The notes beneath the pieces were generated by a model, which ran no database searches, was not told the DNA's origin, and saw only the letters and a list, made by a program, of their open reading frames with translations. The translations under genes were made by a program, and so were the position numbers. A DNA stretch of 64,000 bases from an uncultured Solirubrobacterales bacterium (GTDB taxonomy: Bacteria > Actinomycetota > Thermoleophilia > Solirubrobacterales > 70-9), in assembly GCA_963725475.1 (NCBI GenBank), contig CAVRYR010000006.1, positions 329,450 to 393,449 of the forward strand, in the 5' to 3' direction. This document shows, piece by piece, positions 19,177-28,646 of this stretch. Within the stretch, counting starts at the first letter, position 1. Each line of letters starts with the position of its first letter.

Positions 19177-20561
19177 TCCGAGCCGGGCGTCCAGAGGCCG
19201 CCCTTCTCCTCGCGCTCCTTCTCCGGGGTCCAGATCTCCTCGCGGGCCTGCGCCTGGTCGATCGGGATCGGCTTGGCCCCCTCGGCTATGAGTTCAAGGG
19301 CGCGGCGCATCCGCAGGTCCTCCTTGAGCAGCTCCTCGCGGCCGGACTCGCGGATCTTCTGGAGCGCGACCTCCGGCTCGTCGTGGCCGTGGTCCTCGTG
19401 CCCGGGTGGGATCTCTAGCGCCTCGAGCATGTCCTCGTCGCTGATCTCGATGCCCTCCGCCTCGGCCACGGCCTCCAGGACGGCCTCGCGCCTCAGCGCC
19501 TGCTCGGCATCCGGGCGGGCCTGCTCGATCATCTCGTCACGCGTTTTCCGCTGCATTTGCAGGTAATTCTCGGGGTCCATCCCCTGCCGCTGCAGCTGGC
19601 GCTCGACGCGCCGCCACATCTCGGCTGCGCGAGCATCGACCACTGGGACGGGCAGTTCCACCTGCGCCTTCGATACAGCGGCGTCGAGCGCCGCCTCGCG
19701 GAAGCGCTCGGCGATCTGCCGGTCGAGGATCTCCTTGATCTTCTCGGAGATGTCCTCGCGGAGCTCCGCGAGCGTGTCGTACTCGGAGGCCTCGGCGGCG
19801 AAGTCATCGTCCAACTCGGGCAGCTCCTTCTCGCGGACCTCCTTCACCTTCACGTCGAACTCCGCGGTCTTGCCGGCGACCTCCTCGGCCGGGTAGTCGT
19901 CCGGGAAGGGAACGGTTGCCTGCCGCTCCTCACCGGGCTTGGCACCCTCCAGCGCCCGCTCCAGCTCGGGCAGGACGCGGCCCTCCCCCAGCTCCAGCAG
20001 ATAGTCGTTGGCGGACCCGCCCTCGAAGGGCTCGCCGTCGATCTTGCCCTCGTAGTCGATCAGGACGACGTCGCCCTGCTTTGCCTCCCGCTCGACCGGG
20101 TTGAGCCGGGCGAAGCCCTCCCGCAGCCGGTTGATCTCGGTGTCGACCGCCTCCTCGGGGACCTCGGGCTCTTCGCGCCCGACCTCCAGGCCCTTGTACT
20201 CGCCCAGCTTGGCCTTGGGCCGGACCGCAACCTCGATCGAGAACCGTAAAGGCTGCCCCTCCTCCGGCAAATCGGAGAGGTCGAGCTTGGGGTCGCCGAC
20301 GGGGTTGACCCCGGACTCGAGCATGGCGCGCTCGTACCAGTCGCCGAGCGAGGACTCGAGCGCCTGTGTGAGCACCGTCTGGCGGCCGAGGCGCTGAACC
20401 ACCATCTCCGGCGGCACCTTGCCCTTGCGGAAGCCGGGCAGCTTCATGTCCTGGCCGAGCTGCTGGGCGGTCCGGTTGATGCTGCCCTCCACGTCCTTCG
20501 CATCGACGTCGACGTCGACGCGGACACGCGAGTCCGGCAGCTCCTTTACGGTCGTCTCCAT
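19173..20561 (-). CDS. tig: trigger factor
   Basis: Start taken at METTVKELPDSRVRVDV. GFRKGKVP ribosome-binding motif, FKBP-like middle domain, acidic C-terminus. Confidence 0.9.
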   Translation of the reverse strand: METTVKELPDSRVRVDVDVDAKDVEGSINRTAQQLGQDMKLPGFRKGKVPPEMVVQRLGRQTVLTQALESSLGDWYERAMLESGVNPVGDPKLDLSDLPEEGQPLRFSIEVAVRPKAKLGEYKGLEVGREEPEVPEEAVDTEINRLREGFARLNPVEREAKQGDVVLIDYEGKIDGEPFEGGSANDYLLELGEGRVLPELERALEGAKPGEERQATVPFPDDYPAEEVAGKTAEFDVKVKEVREKELPELDDDFAAEASEYDTLAELREDISEKIKEILDRQIAERFREAALDAAVSKAQVELPVPVVDARAAEMWRRVERQLQRQGMDPENYLQMQRKTRDEMIEQARPDAEQALRREAVLEAVAEAEGIEISDEDMLEALEIPPGHEDHGHDEPEVALQKIRESGREELLKEDLRMRRALELIAEGAKPIPIDQAQAREEIWTPEKEREEKGGLWTPGSD

Positions 20562-20713
20562 GGGACGGACCACGATAGAGACCACCAGGGGCGAGCGGCT
20601 CGGCGCCTGGCTCTACACGGGCGCGCCGGGGCGCCTCGCGTCCTTCTCGATCGACCTCGGCCTCTCGCTTGCCGCGCTCGGGATCTACGGCGCCCGCCGA
20701 ACCTGGCAGCGGC

Positions 20714-21610
20714 TCAGCTCGATCCCTCGGCCTTGATCCGCTCCTCGAGGCGGCCGGCCTGCCCGGCGGCAGCCGCGCGGGCGGCTCGGGCGTCGCTGAG
20801 CGGCACGCCGCGCTGTTCGGCAAGGTCGAGCAGGCGCTGGCGCTCGGTGTCCTGCTGAGCCCACTGCAGGAAGAGCCAAGCGAGCACCCCGAGGGTGACG
20901 AAGCCCCCCTCCACCATCATGATCACGCCCGCGATGCTCTGGTCGGTGACCGCGGAGACGTGCCACTTGGCCTCGCCCGCGGCGTAGTGCGGATAGAAGA
21001 CCGAGTTCGACCACATGAAGACGTTGCCGAGGACGATGCCGGTGAAGCGGACGCCGATCAGGTAGCCGATCTTTGCGGGGATGCCGAACCATTTCGGCTG
21101 CGGCAGCGGCCCCACCAGCGGCATCCACATCAGCACGCCGAAGCCGATGAAGCAGGTGTGCTGGAGCGCGTGGATCGCGCTGTGCTCGGTGGCCGCCTGG
21201 TAGAGGACCGGGATGTGCCAGACGTATAGGTCCACGGCCCAGAGTGGCAGCGCCACCAGCGGGTGGGCCAGGTGACGCATCCAGGCCAGCGAGCGGTTGG
21301 AGAGCAGTGGCTGCAGCAGGGGCCCGGTCAGCCCGAGCACCACCAGCAGGGCGCCCAGGTCGCCCATCAGCAGGTGCTGGCCCATATGGGCGAAGACCAG
21401 CTCGTCGTCGAGCCGGCCGAGCGGCGAGGCGAAGGCGATCCCGATCAAGGCCAGCCCCGAGGCGAAGCAGACCACCCGCCAGGTCGGCACCGGACGGCGC
21501 TCGCGCGCCAGCGTCATCGCCCGGACTGCATAGGCCGTCGCGACCAGGGTCAGCCCGGCGATCTGCAACGGCTCGAAGACCGGCCCGCCAACGTGGGCGA
21601 TCGGGATCAC
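20714..21610 (-). CDS. cytochrome c oxidase assembly protein (Caa3_CtaG-type membrane protein)
   Basis: Polytopic membrane protein with FAHMGQHLLMGDLGALLVVLGLTGPLLQPL. Start set at GTG 21610 to avoid overlap with corA. Confidence 0.7.
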   Translation of the reverse strand: MIPIAHVGGPVFEPLQIAGLTLVATAYAVRAMTLARERRPVPTWRVVCFASGLALIGIAFASPLGRLDDELVFAHMGQHLLMGDLGALLVVLGLTGPLLQPLLSNRSLAWMRHLAHPLVALPLWAVDLYVWHIPVLYQAATEHSAIHALQHTCFIGFGVLMWMPLVGPLPQPKWFGIPAKIGYLIGVRFTGIVLGNVFMWSNSVFYPHYAAGEAKWHVSAVTDQSIAGVIMMVEGGFVTLGVLAWLFLQWAQQDTERQRLLDLAEQRGVPLSDARAARAAAAGQAGRLEERIKAEGSS

Positions 21611-21629
21611 GCCCCCATCGTAGGCCTGC

Positions 21630-22610
21630 CTACAACCAGTCGATGCGCTTGAAGAAGCGAACCAGCACGATGACGGCGAGCGCCATGACCGCAAGGGAGA
21701 GCGGGTACCCGATGCGCCAGTGGAGCTCCGGCATGTGGTCGAAGTTCATGCCGTAGACCGAGGCGATGAAGGTGGGCACCGCCACCAGGGCCGCCCACGC
21801 CGAGATCCTCTTGACGACGACGTTCTGGTTGACGCTGACCAGCGCCAGGTTGGCCTGCAGGACGCTGGTCAGGAGCTCACGCTGGGCGGAGACCTGCTCG
21901 TCCACCCGCTTCGCGTGGTCTGCCACGTCGCGGAAGTAGTCGCGCAGTTCCTCGCGGATCCGCTCGTAGGCGCCCTGCTCCAGGGCGTCCAGCGGGCTGA
22001 GCAGCGGCCCGACCGCTCGGTGGAACTCGATCACCTCCCTCTTCAGGTTGTAGATGCGGGCCGTGGGCGCCGGGATGTCGTCGTCGAAGACGTCCTTCTC
22101 CACCTCCTCGATGTCGTCCTCGATCGCGTCGACGACGGGCATGTAGTCGTCGACGACCTTGTCGAGCACGGCCCAGATCGCCGAGGCGGCCCCGAGGTCG
22201 AGCAGGTCGGAGCGCGTCTCCAGCCTCCGTCGGGCAGAGGCGAGCTCGCTGCCCGGCCCATGGCGCACGGTGATCACATAGCCGGGGCCGGCGAAGAGGT
22301 GGATCTCGCCGAAGTGGACCTCCTCGCGGTCCTCGTGGTAGTGGGCGGTCTTGAGGACGATGAACACGTCCTCGCCGTAGTCCTCGATCTTCGGACGCTG
22401 ATGGGCGCGCTCGGCGTCCTCCACGGCGAGCTCGTGCAGGCGGAACAACTCCTGCAGCCTCTCGAGGTCGCCCGGTTCCGGCTCGTGAATGCCGATCCAG
22501 ACGAACTCGCCCTCGGTGACGGCCTTCCGGAGGTCCGCGGCACGCTCGAGCGTCAGCGCATCCTCATGCTGGCGCGCGCCGTCCTTGTAGTGGGCGCTGT
22601 CGACGATCAT
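21630..22610 (-). CDS. corA: magnesium/cobalt transporter CorA
   Basis: Start at ATG 22610 (MIVDSAHYKDG). YGMNF signature followed by two C-terminal TM helices. Confidence 0.9.
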   Translation of the reverse strand: MIVDSAHYKDGARQHEDALTLERAADLRKAVTEGEFVWIGIHEPEPGDLERLQELFRLHELAVEDAERAHQRPKIEDYGEDVFIVLKTAHYHEDREEVHFGEIHLFAGPGYVITVRHGPGSELASARRRLETRSDLLDLGAASAIWAVLDKVVDDYMPVVDAIEDDIEEVEKDVFDDDIPAPTARIYNLKREVIEFHRAVGPLLSPLDALEQGAYERIREELRDYFRDVADHAKRVDEQVSAQRELLTSVLQANLALVSVNQNVVVKRISAWAALVAVPTFIASVYGMNFDHMPELHWRIGYPLSLAVMALAVIVLVRFFKRIDWL

Positions 22611-22672
22611 CGTGCGGCTCCGCGTCCCTCTTCCGGATGCGGCGCCCCCCTCCTGCCCCTGGGCGCGAGCGC

Positions 22673-22960
22673 TCAGTCCGCGGCGGGGACCCAGGCGGCG
22701 TCCATGTCCACGCGGGAGCCGCGGAAGGGCACGCCCTCGGCCTCGAGCAGTGCCCGCTGGCGCTTCCCCTTGGCGAGCGAGCCATCGGCGCGGACGATCC
22801 GCTGCCAGGGCACCGTCGGGTCGTGGCACTCCGAGAGGACCTGTCCGGCGAACCTCGGTGCCTCCGGGCAGAGGTCGCCGTAGGTGGTGACGCAGCCCTC
22901 GGGCACCCGGCGGATCCGCTCGAGGATCTGCTCGGCGCGGTCGGTCAGCTCAACCGCCAC
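22673..22960 (-). CDS. alkyltransferase-like (ATL) protein, MGMT DNA-binding domain without the acceptor Cys
   Basis: 95 aa. VPEGCVTTYGDL...VPWQRIVRADGSL, with Trp where MGMT has the PCHR cysteine. Confidence 0.7.
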   Translation of the reverse strand: MAVELTDRAEQILERIRRVPEGCVTTYGDLCPEAPRFAGQVLSECHDPTVPWQRIVRADGSLAKGKRQRALLEAEGVPFRGSRVDMDAAWVPAAD

Positions 22961-23304
22961 GCCACCCAGATGCCGACCGCGGTGGCCGGCAGCGCAGCGG
23001 CAAGGCCCCGCCAGCCAGCGTCCCGCTCGCCGGATCGCAGCGCGAGCGCGAATGCGGCCGCATCGCCGGCGTCCGCGGTCGCGTTGGCGACGGTCGCTCC
23101 CGACAGGCGCTCCCGGTCTCCGATTGCTCCCAGGGTCACGCCGCCGAGGACGAAGTCCCGGACGCCGGCGATTCGGGCAACCGTTGTGGTCGCGGGGCTC
23201 ACCTCCGAGAAGCCGAGGACGCGCAGGGAGAGCTCCGGGGCGACGAGCATCGCCGTCCCGATCGCCATCCGTCCCGCCGCCGAGAGGAGCGAGAACGCGC
23301 GCAC
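22945..23304 (-). CDS. hypothetical small membrane protein
   Basis: 119 aa with about 4 hydrophobic segments. No motif recognised. Codon usage looks coding. Confidence 0.4.
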   Translation of the reverse strand: MRAFSLLSAAGRMAIGTAMLVAPELSLRVLGFSEVSPATTTVARIAGVRDFVLGGVTLGAIGDRERLSGATVANATADAGDAAAFALALRSGERDAGWRGLAAALPATAVGIWVAWRLS

Positions 23305-23330
23305 GTCCGGAGCCTGCGTCCGCTCGGCGC

Positions 23331-23846
23331 TCAGGACCGCTCCAGCGAGACGGACAGTGCCGGTGACGACGCCAGCGTCTGGAAGACGACGCAGTAGCGC
23401 TCGGTCAGGCGCTGCAGGTTCGCGAGCTCCTCGTCACTCGCGTCGCTCTGGAGCGCGAAGTGCAGCCGGATCTCCTTGAAGCCGACCGGCGCCTCCCTGT
23501 CTACGGACAGCGTGCCGCGCCAATCGAGGTCGCCCTCTGCGTGCACAGTGCCGGACACCGACAGGCCCATCGAGGTGGCCACCGAGCGCATCGTCACGCC
23601 GGCGCACGCCACCAGCGCCTGGAGCAGCATGTCGCCCGAGCAGGCCAGGCTGCCGTCGCCGCCGGTCCCGGGATGGAGCCCCGCCTTGACCAGGGCCCGG
23701 CCGGTCTGCACCGAGCAGGCGATCTCCTCGTCCAGCGTGCCGTCCGCCTCCAGGGTGATGTCAGCGGCGCCGGGATCCTCCCGATAGCGGTCCTTGATCG
23801 GACCCTGCAACGCCTTGAGGTCCTCGCCCGTCATTTGGCCGCCCAT
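23331..23846 (-). CDS. OsmC-family protein
   Basis: 171 aa. SLACSGDMLLQALVACAGVT...LTERYCVVFQTL (OsmC-type paired Cys regions). Confidence 0.7.
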   Translation of the reverse strand: MGGQMTGEDLKALQGPIKDRYREDPGAADITLEADGTLDEEIACSVQTGRALVKAGLHPGTGGDGSLACSGDMLLQALVACAGVTMRSVATSMGLSVSGTVHAEGDLDWRGTLSVDREAPVGFKEIRLHFALQSDASDEELANLQRLTERYCVVFQTLASSPALSVSLERS

Positions 23847-23885
23847 TCAGCCGAGCCTAGCCCACCAGGGGCGATACTGGACCCG

Positions 23886-25184
23886 GTGTCTGTCGAAGGA
23901 ACGATCAGAGACGGCGGACCGGGGAGCCTCGCCCCGGGTTCCAGGTTCGGGGCCTACCGGATCGAGCGAACGCTCGGCCAGGGCGGAATGGGGATTGTGT
24001 ACCTCGCCACGGAGCTCGCGCTCGACCGACAGATCGCGCTCAAGGTGATCCGGGCGGAGCTCGCGGGCGATGAGGCTTTCCGCGCGCGGTTCCGCTCCGA
24101 GTCCCGCACGGCAGCGTCCGTCGAGCATCCTCGCGTCCTCACCGTCTTCCGCGCCGGAGAGCTCGACGGCCTGCTCTACGTGGCGATGCGATACGTGCCG
24201 GGACGCGACCTCGGCAGGCTGATCTCCAGCCGGGGTCCGCTCCCGGCGGCGGAAGCCGCGGACCTGATCGCCCAGGTCGGCGACGGTCTCGACGCCGTGC
24301 ACGCCGCAGGGCTGGTCCACCGGGACGTCAAGCCGGCGAACGTGATCGTCGGCGATCAGCGGGACGCATACCTGACTGACTTCGGCTTGGCCAAGGCCGT
24401 CGCTTCGACCACCGGGCTCACCGACACGGGCCAGGTGATCGGCACCGTGGACTACATGGCGCCCGAGCAGATCGACGGCCGCCGGGTCGACGCCCGCGCG
24501 GACGTATACGCGCTCGGGGGGGTGCTCTTCTGGGCGGTCGCGGGCCGCGTCCCCTACCCCGAGCGCGAGAGCTCGGCGAAGATGTGGGCGCACGTGAACG
24601 AGCCGCCGCCGCCGGCCGGCGACGGCGGGCTCGATCGGGTGATCCGGCGAGCGATGGCCAAGGATCCGGCCGATCGATTCCCGTCCGCGGGTGACGTGGG
24701 GAGAGCGGCGATTGCGGCGACCCGCGGCGAGCAGGTCACCGAGCCCGAGCACGTCGTCGCCAGCGGCGAGGCCGCCCCCCTCCCGGAGACCGTTCGCCTC
24801 CCCCGCGAACCAGCGCTGCCTCCCACCGATCGACTGCCGCGCCGCCGCCGCCGCCGGGGCCGGCTGATCGCAGTCTCTCTGGTCATGCTCTGCCTGGCCG
24901 CGCTGGGCGCGGCGGCGGTGGTCGAGGTGCCGAGGCTCTCGGACAGCGGCAAGTCCGCGTCGCCCGGCGGCATCCGGGTCCCCTCCCTGGCCGGAGCTCC
25001 CCTGGATCAGGCCGAGACTAGGCTGAAAGACCTCGGGCTTCGCTACAGCGAGCAGGGTGGCGGTCTTTTCGGCGTAGTCGTGCCCTCGGACTGGAACGTG
25101 TGCACTACCTCGCCCCCGGCCGGGACAACGGTCCGGCGTGGAGCAAGAATCGGCTTGCTGATCGATCGCCCCGGCGTCTGCTGA
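23886..25184 (+). CDS. Ser/Thr protein kinase with C-terminal TM helix and one PASTA domain
   Basis: GQGGMGIVYLA, ALKVI, HRDVKPANV, DFGLAK, DYMAPEQ. TM LIAVSLVMLCLAALGAAAVV. PASTA-like VPSLAGAPLDQAETRLKDLGL. GTG start at 23886 chosen. Confidence 0.85.
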   Translation: MSVEGTIRDGGPGSLAPGSRFGAYRIERTLGQGGMGIVYLATELALDRQIALKVIRAELAGDEAFRARFRSESRTAASVEHPRVLTVFRAGELDGLLYVAMRYVPGRDLGRLISSRGPLPAAEAADLIAQVGDGLDAVHAAGLVHRDVKPANVIVGDQRDAYLTDFGLAKAVASTTGLTDTGQVIGTVDYMAPEQIDGRRVDARADVYALGGVLFWAVAGRVPYPERESSAKMWAHVNEPPPPAGDGGLDRVIRRAMAKDPADRFPSAGDVGRAAIAATRGEQVTEPEHVVASGEAAPLPETVRLPREPALPPTDRLPRRRRRRGRLIAVSLVMLCLAALGAAAVVEVPRLSDSGKSASPGGIRVPSLAGAPLDQAETRLKDLGLRYSEQGGGLFGVVVPSDWNVCTTSPPAGTTVRRGARIGLLIDRPGVC

Positions 25185-25496
25185 GCCGATTAGATAGGTT
25201 CCCGCCAAGGGCGGCGGCTGGCGTTGCCCTCTCGTCCGAGAGAGGTGAGTGGGGAAGCTCGTGATAGCCCGACGCCATTGCTTTTCGTCCAAAGCGGCTA
25301 TTTCGGGCGCCTGCGGTTGTCGCGTTCACCGTTCTGCATTCACGCGAAGAGAGCAGCGCCACCTGTTAACCCTGTCTAGCTGGCGTTCGCCGGCACTGGG
25401 AACTAGGGTCCGGCCGACGTAGAAGCGAGTCGACGAGATGGGCCAGGCGCAGCAGCAGGGCGACGAGGTCGATCACAGGGTCGGTGGCTCAACGAG

Positions 25497-27200
25497 CTAC
25501 TCCGTGACCGTGAACGGCCTCATCATGTCGTTGTCTTCGTGCTCGACGATGTGGCAGTGGTAGACGTAGGTCTGCGGCGCCGTCACGCCGGTCGGCAGGT
25601 CGAACCTGGCCCGGATTCTGGTCAGGTAGCCGGGGTTCGCCTTGACCGTGTCCTTGAAGCCGCGCTCGCTCGGGATCGGGCGGCTCCATCCGGCCCGGTC
25701 ACGAAATCGCTCGGGTCGATCCCACCGGGAACGCCGCCCTCGTGGGCCTTCGTACTTTTCCTCGTAGGCCTGTGCGTCGAACGGTGTCCGCCCGACCACC
25801 TGGAAGGTGACCAGGTGGGTGTGCATCGGATGGGTGTCACCGGTCAGGTTGACGTAGACCCAGTCCTCGACCGCCCCGACCGTGGGGGTCTCGGTCGCCG
25901 GAGTGCCCTCGAAGTGGACGCCATTCAGGTTCAAGAACCACGTGGGCTCGTCGACGTCGATCTCGTTCAGGGAGATGAACCGGGTCACGTCCGGCTCGGG
26001 CAGGTCGGCGGCCCGTCCGGGCAGGCTGGCCGGGATCGTGCTCGGCCCCGGCTGGCTGACCGTCGTCCCGACCCGGATCTGCATCACCTGCTCCAGTGAG
26101 GGGGCGGGAGTCACGACCGGCTTCGACGGGTTGTGGTTCTTCATCACCAGTCGTGCGCCCGGGAACTTGCTGAAGTCGACGAGGATGTCCGCCCGCTCGG
26201 CCGGCGCCAGCACCAGCTCCTTCACCGGCACGGGCTTGTCCCACATGCCGCCCTCGGCGCCGATCTGCCAGAAGCGCGGACCGCCGATGTCGAGATCGAG
26301 GATCCTCGCGTTGCAGCCGTTCAGGATCCGGAACCGATACATGCGCGGCTCGACCTCGAGGAACGGCCAGACCTTGCCGTTGACGAGCATCACGTCGCCG
26401 AAGTACTCGCCGATCCAGGTCGCCCCAGGGATGTCGCTGGTCGGGTAGAGGAAGGTCCCGTCCGGGTTGAACTGCCGGTCCTGGATCACGAGCGGGATCT
26501 CGTAGTTACCGCCGGGGATCCCGCACGGATTCGGCTCGTCGCCGGTGTCGAACTGGTCGCGGAGGATATAGGCGGCGGCCAGCCCGGCGAACACGTTCAG
26601 GCGCGTGGCGCCAAGGCCGTGGTCATGGAACCAGAGCAGCGAGGCGGGCATCTGTGGCAACTGGTTGGTGTAGTCGACGGTCTGCGTCTGGCCCGGGCCG
26701 AACCCGTTCGGTGTCACCGCCGGGTTCCCGTCGCTGTCGGCGGCGACGAAGCCGCCGTGCAGGTGGGTCATCAGTCGCACCTGGTTGCCGAGCGGAGTCA
26801 ACCGTGTGTCGACCGGGATCCAATCCGGATAGGTCTCCGGAAGCTGATGTGTGTAGTTCACTTGCAGCGGCGTGCCGCTCTGTGCGACCACCGCCATCCC
26901 GAAGGAGCCCGCCTGGCCGCCCAGGCCGAAACCGTCGTCGTAGGCCCAGAGCGGCGTTTCCGGCAGGTCAGGGTGCAGCTGCCGGGCGATCTCCGTTTGC
27001 GTGAACGAATACTGGTTGGCTCCGCTCGGAGTCGCGACCACGATCCCCTCGCCGGGAAGCGGCACCGGCTGGACGTACTTCGCCAGCTTGCCGCCCTTCG
27101 CGGCCGTCGCCAGCGGTATGCGCGCCGCCCAGGGCAGCGCCAGCGCCGCACCTGCTCCCACGCCGTGCTGCAGGAAGCGCCGACGGGTCATATCCATCAT
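25497..27200 (-). CDS. Tat-secreted multicopper oxidase (CotA/bilirubin oxidase-like), probable compensating double frameshift at about 25685-25745
   Basis: MMDMTRRRFLQHGVGAGAALAL (twin-Arg) after an AAGGGAGG RBS. Copper motifs HLHG, WFHDHG, HPMHTHL, HCHIVEHEDNDMM. See finding on the scrambled 30-aa stretch. Confidence 0.85.
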   Translation of the reverse strand: MMDMTRRRFLQHGVGAGAALALPWAARIPLATAAKGGKLAKYVQPVPLPGEGIVVATPSGANQYSFTQTEIARQLHPDLPETPLWAYDDGFGLGGQAGSFGMAVVAQSGTPLQVNYTHQLPETYPDWIPVDTRLTPLGNQVRLMTHLHGGFVAADSDGNPAVTPNGFGPGQTQTVDYTNQLPQMPASLLWFHDHGLGATRLNVFAGLAAAYILRDQFDTGDEPNPCGIPGGNYEIPLVIQDRQFNPDGTFLYPTSDIPGATWIGEYFGDVMLVNGKVWPFLEVEPRMYRFRILNGCNARILDLDIGGPRFWQIGAEGGMWDKPVPVKELVLAPAERADILVDFSKFPGARLVMKNHNPSKPVVTPAPSLEQVMQIRVGTTVSQPGPSTIPASLPGRAADLPEPDVTRFISLNEIDVDEPTWFLNLNGVHFEGTPATETPTVGAVEDWVYVNLTGDTHPMHTHLVTFQVVGRTPFDAQAYEEKYEGPRGRRSRWDRPERFRDRAGWSRPIPSERGFKDTVKANPGYLTRIRARFDLPTGVTAPQTYVYHCHIVEHEDNDMMRPFTVTE

Positions 27201-27315
27201 CTCGCCCTCCCTTATTAGGCGCCGGACGTCGTGAAGGCGAGTATATGGTCGGTTCTCCTTTCCATGCAATGTCACGTAGATGTCACGGCCTCTCGGCCGC
27301 AGACGGGCTTAAAGC

Positions 27316-27339
27316 GAAAGCCCCGCCTAAGCGGGGCTT
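27316..27339. terminator. perfect 10-bp stem hairpin (aaagccccgc-ctaa-gcggggcttt) flanked by T/A runs
   Basis: Read directly. It lies immediately 3' (on the minus strand) of the tRNA-His 3' fragment, as expected for the original tRNA terminator. Confidence 0.6.
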
Positions 27340-27346
27340 TCTTCTA

Positions 27347-27370
27347 GGTGAGCGACCGGACTCGAACCGG
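27347..27370 (-). repeat. 24-nt copy of the tRNA-His 3' end (T-arm and acceptor): ggtgagcgaccggactcgaaccgg
   Basis: Identical to 33213-33236 inside the intact tRNA-His, same orientation. Flanks show weaker similarity for about 25 nt more. Confidence 0.85.
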
Positions 27371-27416
27371 TGCGGCGGTTTAGTCTCCGGACCTGCCCGA
27401 CGCCGGATAGCTCCCT

Positions 27417-28646
27417 ATGGCCGCACACGCCATTCAGGCTCGCCGAGGTGCGCGATCGCGCACCGCCCTTCTGATTGCGCTGCCCGCCGCATTGATCCTC
27501 CTCGGGGCACTGATGCGGGCGCCGGTCCTGCTCGCCTACCAGGGACCGTTGACCGCCCACGCCCTCAACGTGGACCTGATGGCACATGTGGGCGCCTATT
27601 CGGACATCTCGCATCTCTTCCTGCGTGACCACCTCGGGCAGCATCCGATGCCGTACTTCGACTTCCGTTTCGAGTACCCGGTCCTAACCGGCCTGTTCGT
27701 CTGGGTGGCGAGCTTTGCCCACACCAGCGTCGCCGCGTACTTCCTGAGCTCCACCGGCCTCCTCCTCTGTCTGGCCCTGGTGACGGTCTGGGCGATCAGC
27801 CGGATCGACGGGGCCAACCCGTGGCTGTTCGCAGCCGCGCCGGCGCTCGCCCTCTACGGGACACTGAACTGGGACCTGCTGGGGATCTGCCTGCTCGCCA
27901 TCGCGCTGCTTCTCTTCGAGCGGGGCAGGGACGGATTCGCCGCGGCGGGCCTCGCTCTCGCTACGTGGGCCAAGCTCTTCCCGATCGTGGTTCTCCCGGT
28001 CGTCGTCGCCCTCCGCTTGGCCGAGCGGCGACGGCGTTCGGCCGCCCTGGTCGTGGGCGTCTTCACAGCGACCACGTTGGCCGTCAACCTCCCGTTCGCG
28101 CTCACCGGGGCAGGATCGATCCGCGCCAACTGGTCCTACTTCTTCACCTACACGGACCAACGGCCCCCGCGCGGGACGATCTGGCACCCCCTGCTCGGCC
28201 ATGCAGCGGACTTGGTGGCGGTGCCGCTGTTCGCCGCCGGCCTGGCCCTGATCGTGATCCTGGCGGTCGGCGCCCGGAATCGACCGGGTGGCGCTCTGAT
28301 CCCCGCATCCTCTGCCGGGCTGTTGTGGGTGTTCGCGACGGCCAAGGTCTACAGCGTCCAGTACTCGCTCTGGATATTCGCCGCACTTGCGATCGACGGG
28401 GCGCCCGTGGGCCTAGCGGTGGCCTTTGCCCTGCTGGACATGCTGATCTTCGCCTCCACCTTCGGACCGCTTTATCCGGCCGGCCCGATCGCCTCCGACT
28501 TCCCGCTCGCCATCCAATGGGGTGCCTACGGACTGCGCCAGCTGTTCACCGCCTGGCTCGCGATCTGGATGATTCGGCGGGAGCTCAACCCGAATGCAGC
28601 GGGACTTGTGCTGCCGCGGTTGAGGTCGCCGACGCCTGCCAGATGA
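27417..28646 (+). CDS. polytopic membrane protein, DUF2029/GT87-like glycosyltransferase
   Basis: 409 aa, more than 9 TM segments. YSDISHLFLRDHLGQHPMPYFDFRFEYPVLTGLF resembles the GT87/DUF2029 N-terminal loop. Confidence 0.55.
   Translation: MAAHAIQARRGARSRTALLIALPAALILLGALMRAPVLLAYQGPLTAHALNVDLMAHVGAYSDISHLFLRDHLGQHPMPYFDFRFEYPVLTGLFVWVASFAHTSVAAYFLSSTGLLLCLALVTVWAISRIDGANPWLFAAAPALALYGTLNWDLLGICLLAIALLLFERGRDGFAAAGLALATWAKLFPIVVLPVVVALRLAERRRRSAALVVGVFTATTLAVNLPFALTGAGSIRANWSYFFTYTDQRPPRGTIWHPLLGHAADLVAVPLFAAGLALIVILAVGARNRPGGALIPASSAGLLWVFATAKVYSVQYSLWIFAALAIDGAPVGLAVAFALLDMLIFASTFGPLYPAGPIASDFPLAIQWGAYGLRQLFTAWLAIWMIRRELNPNAAGLVLPRLRSPTPAR

Noticed and set aside
25105-25362. 85-aa ORF in the kinase/MCO intergenic region.
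   Set aside because: No motif and odd composition. The region is better explained as a decayed SnoaL-like 3' end plus the shared 17-nt motif.
28585-28646. 62-nt convergent overlap of the GT87-like and GT39-like genes as a regulatory feature.
   Set aside because: This is more likely an over-extended C-terminus of one ORF in high-GC sequence, where stop codons are rare. There is no supporting structure.
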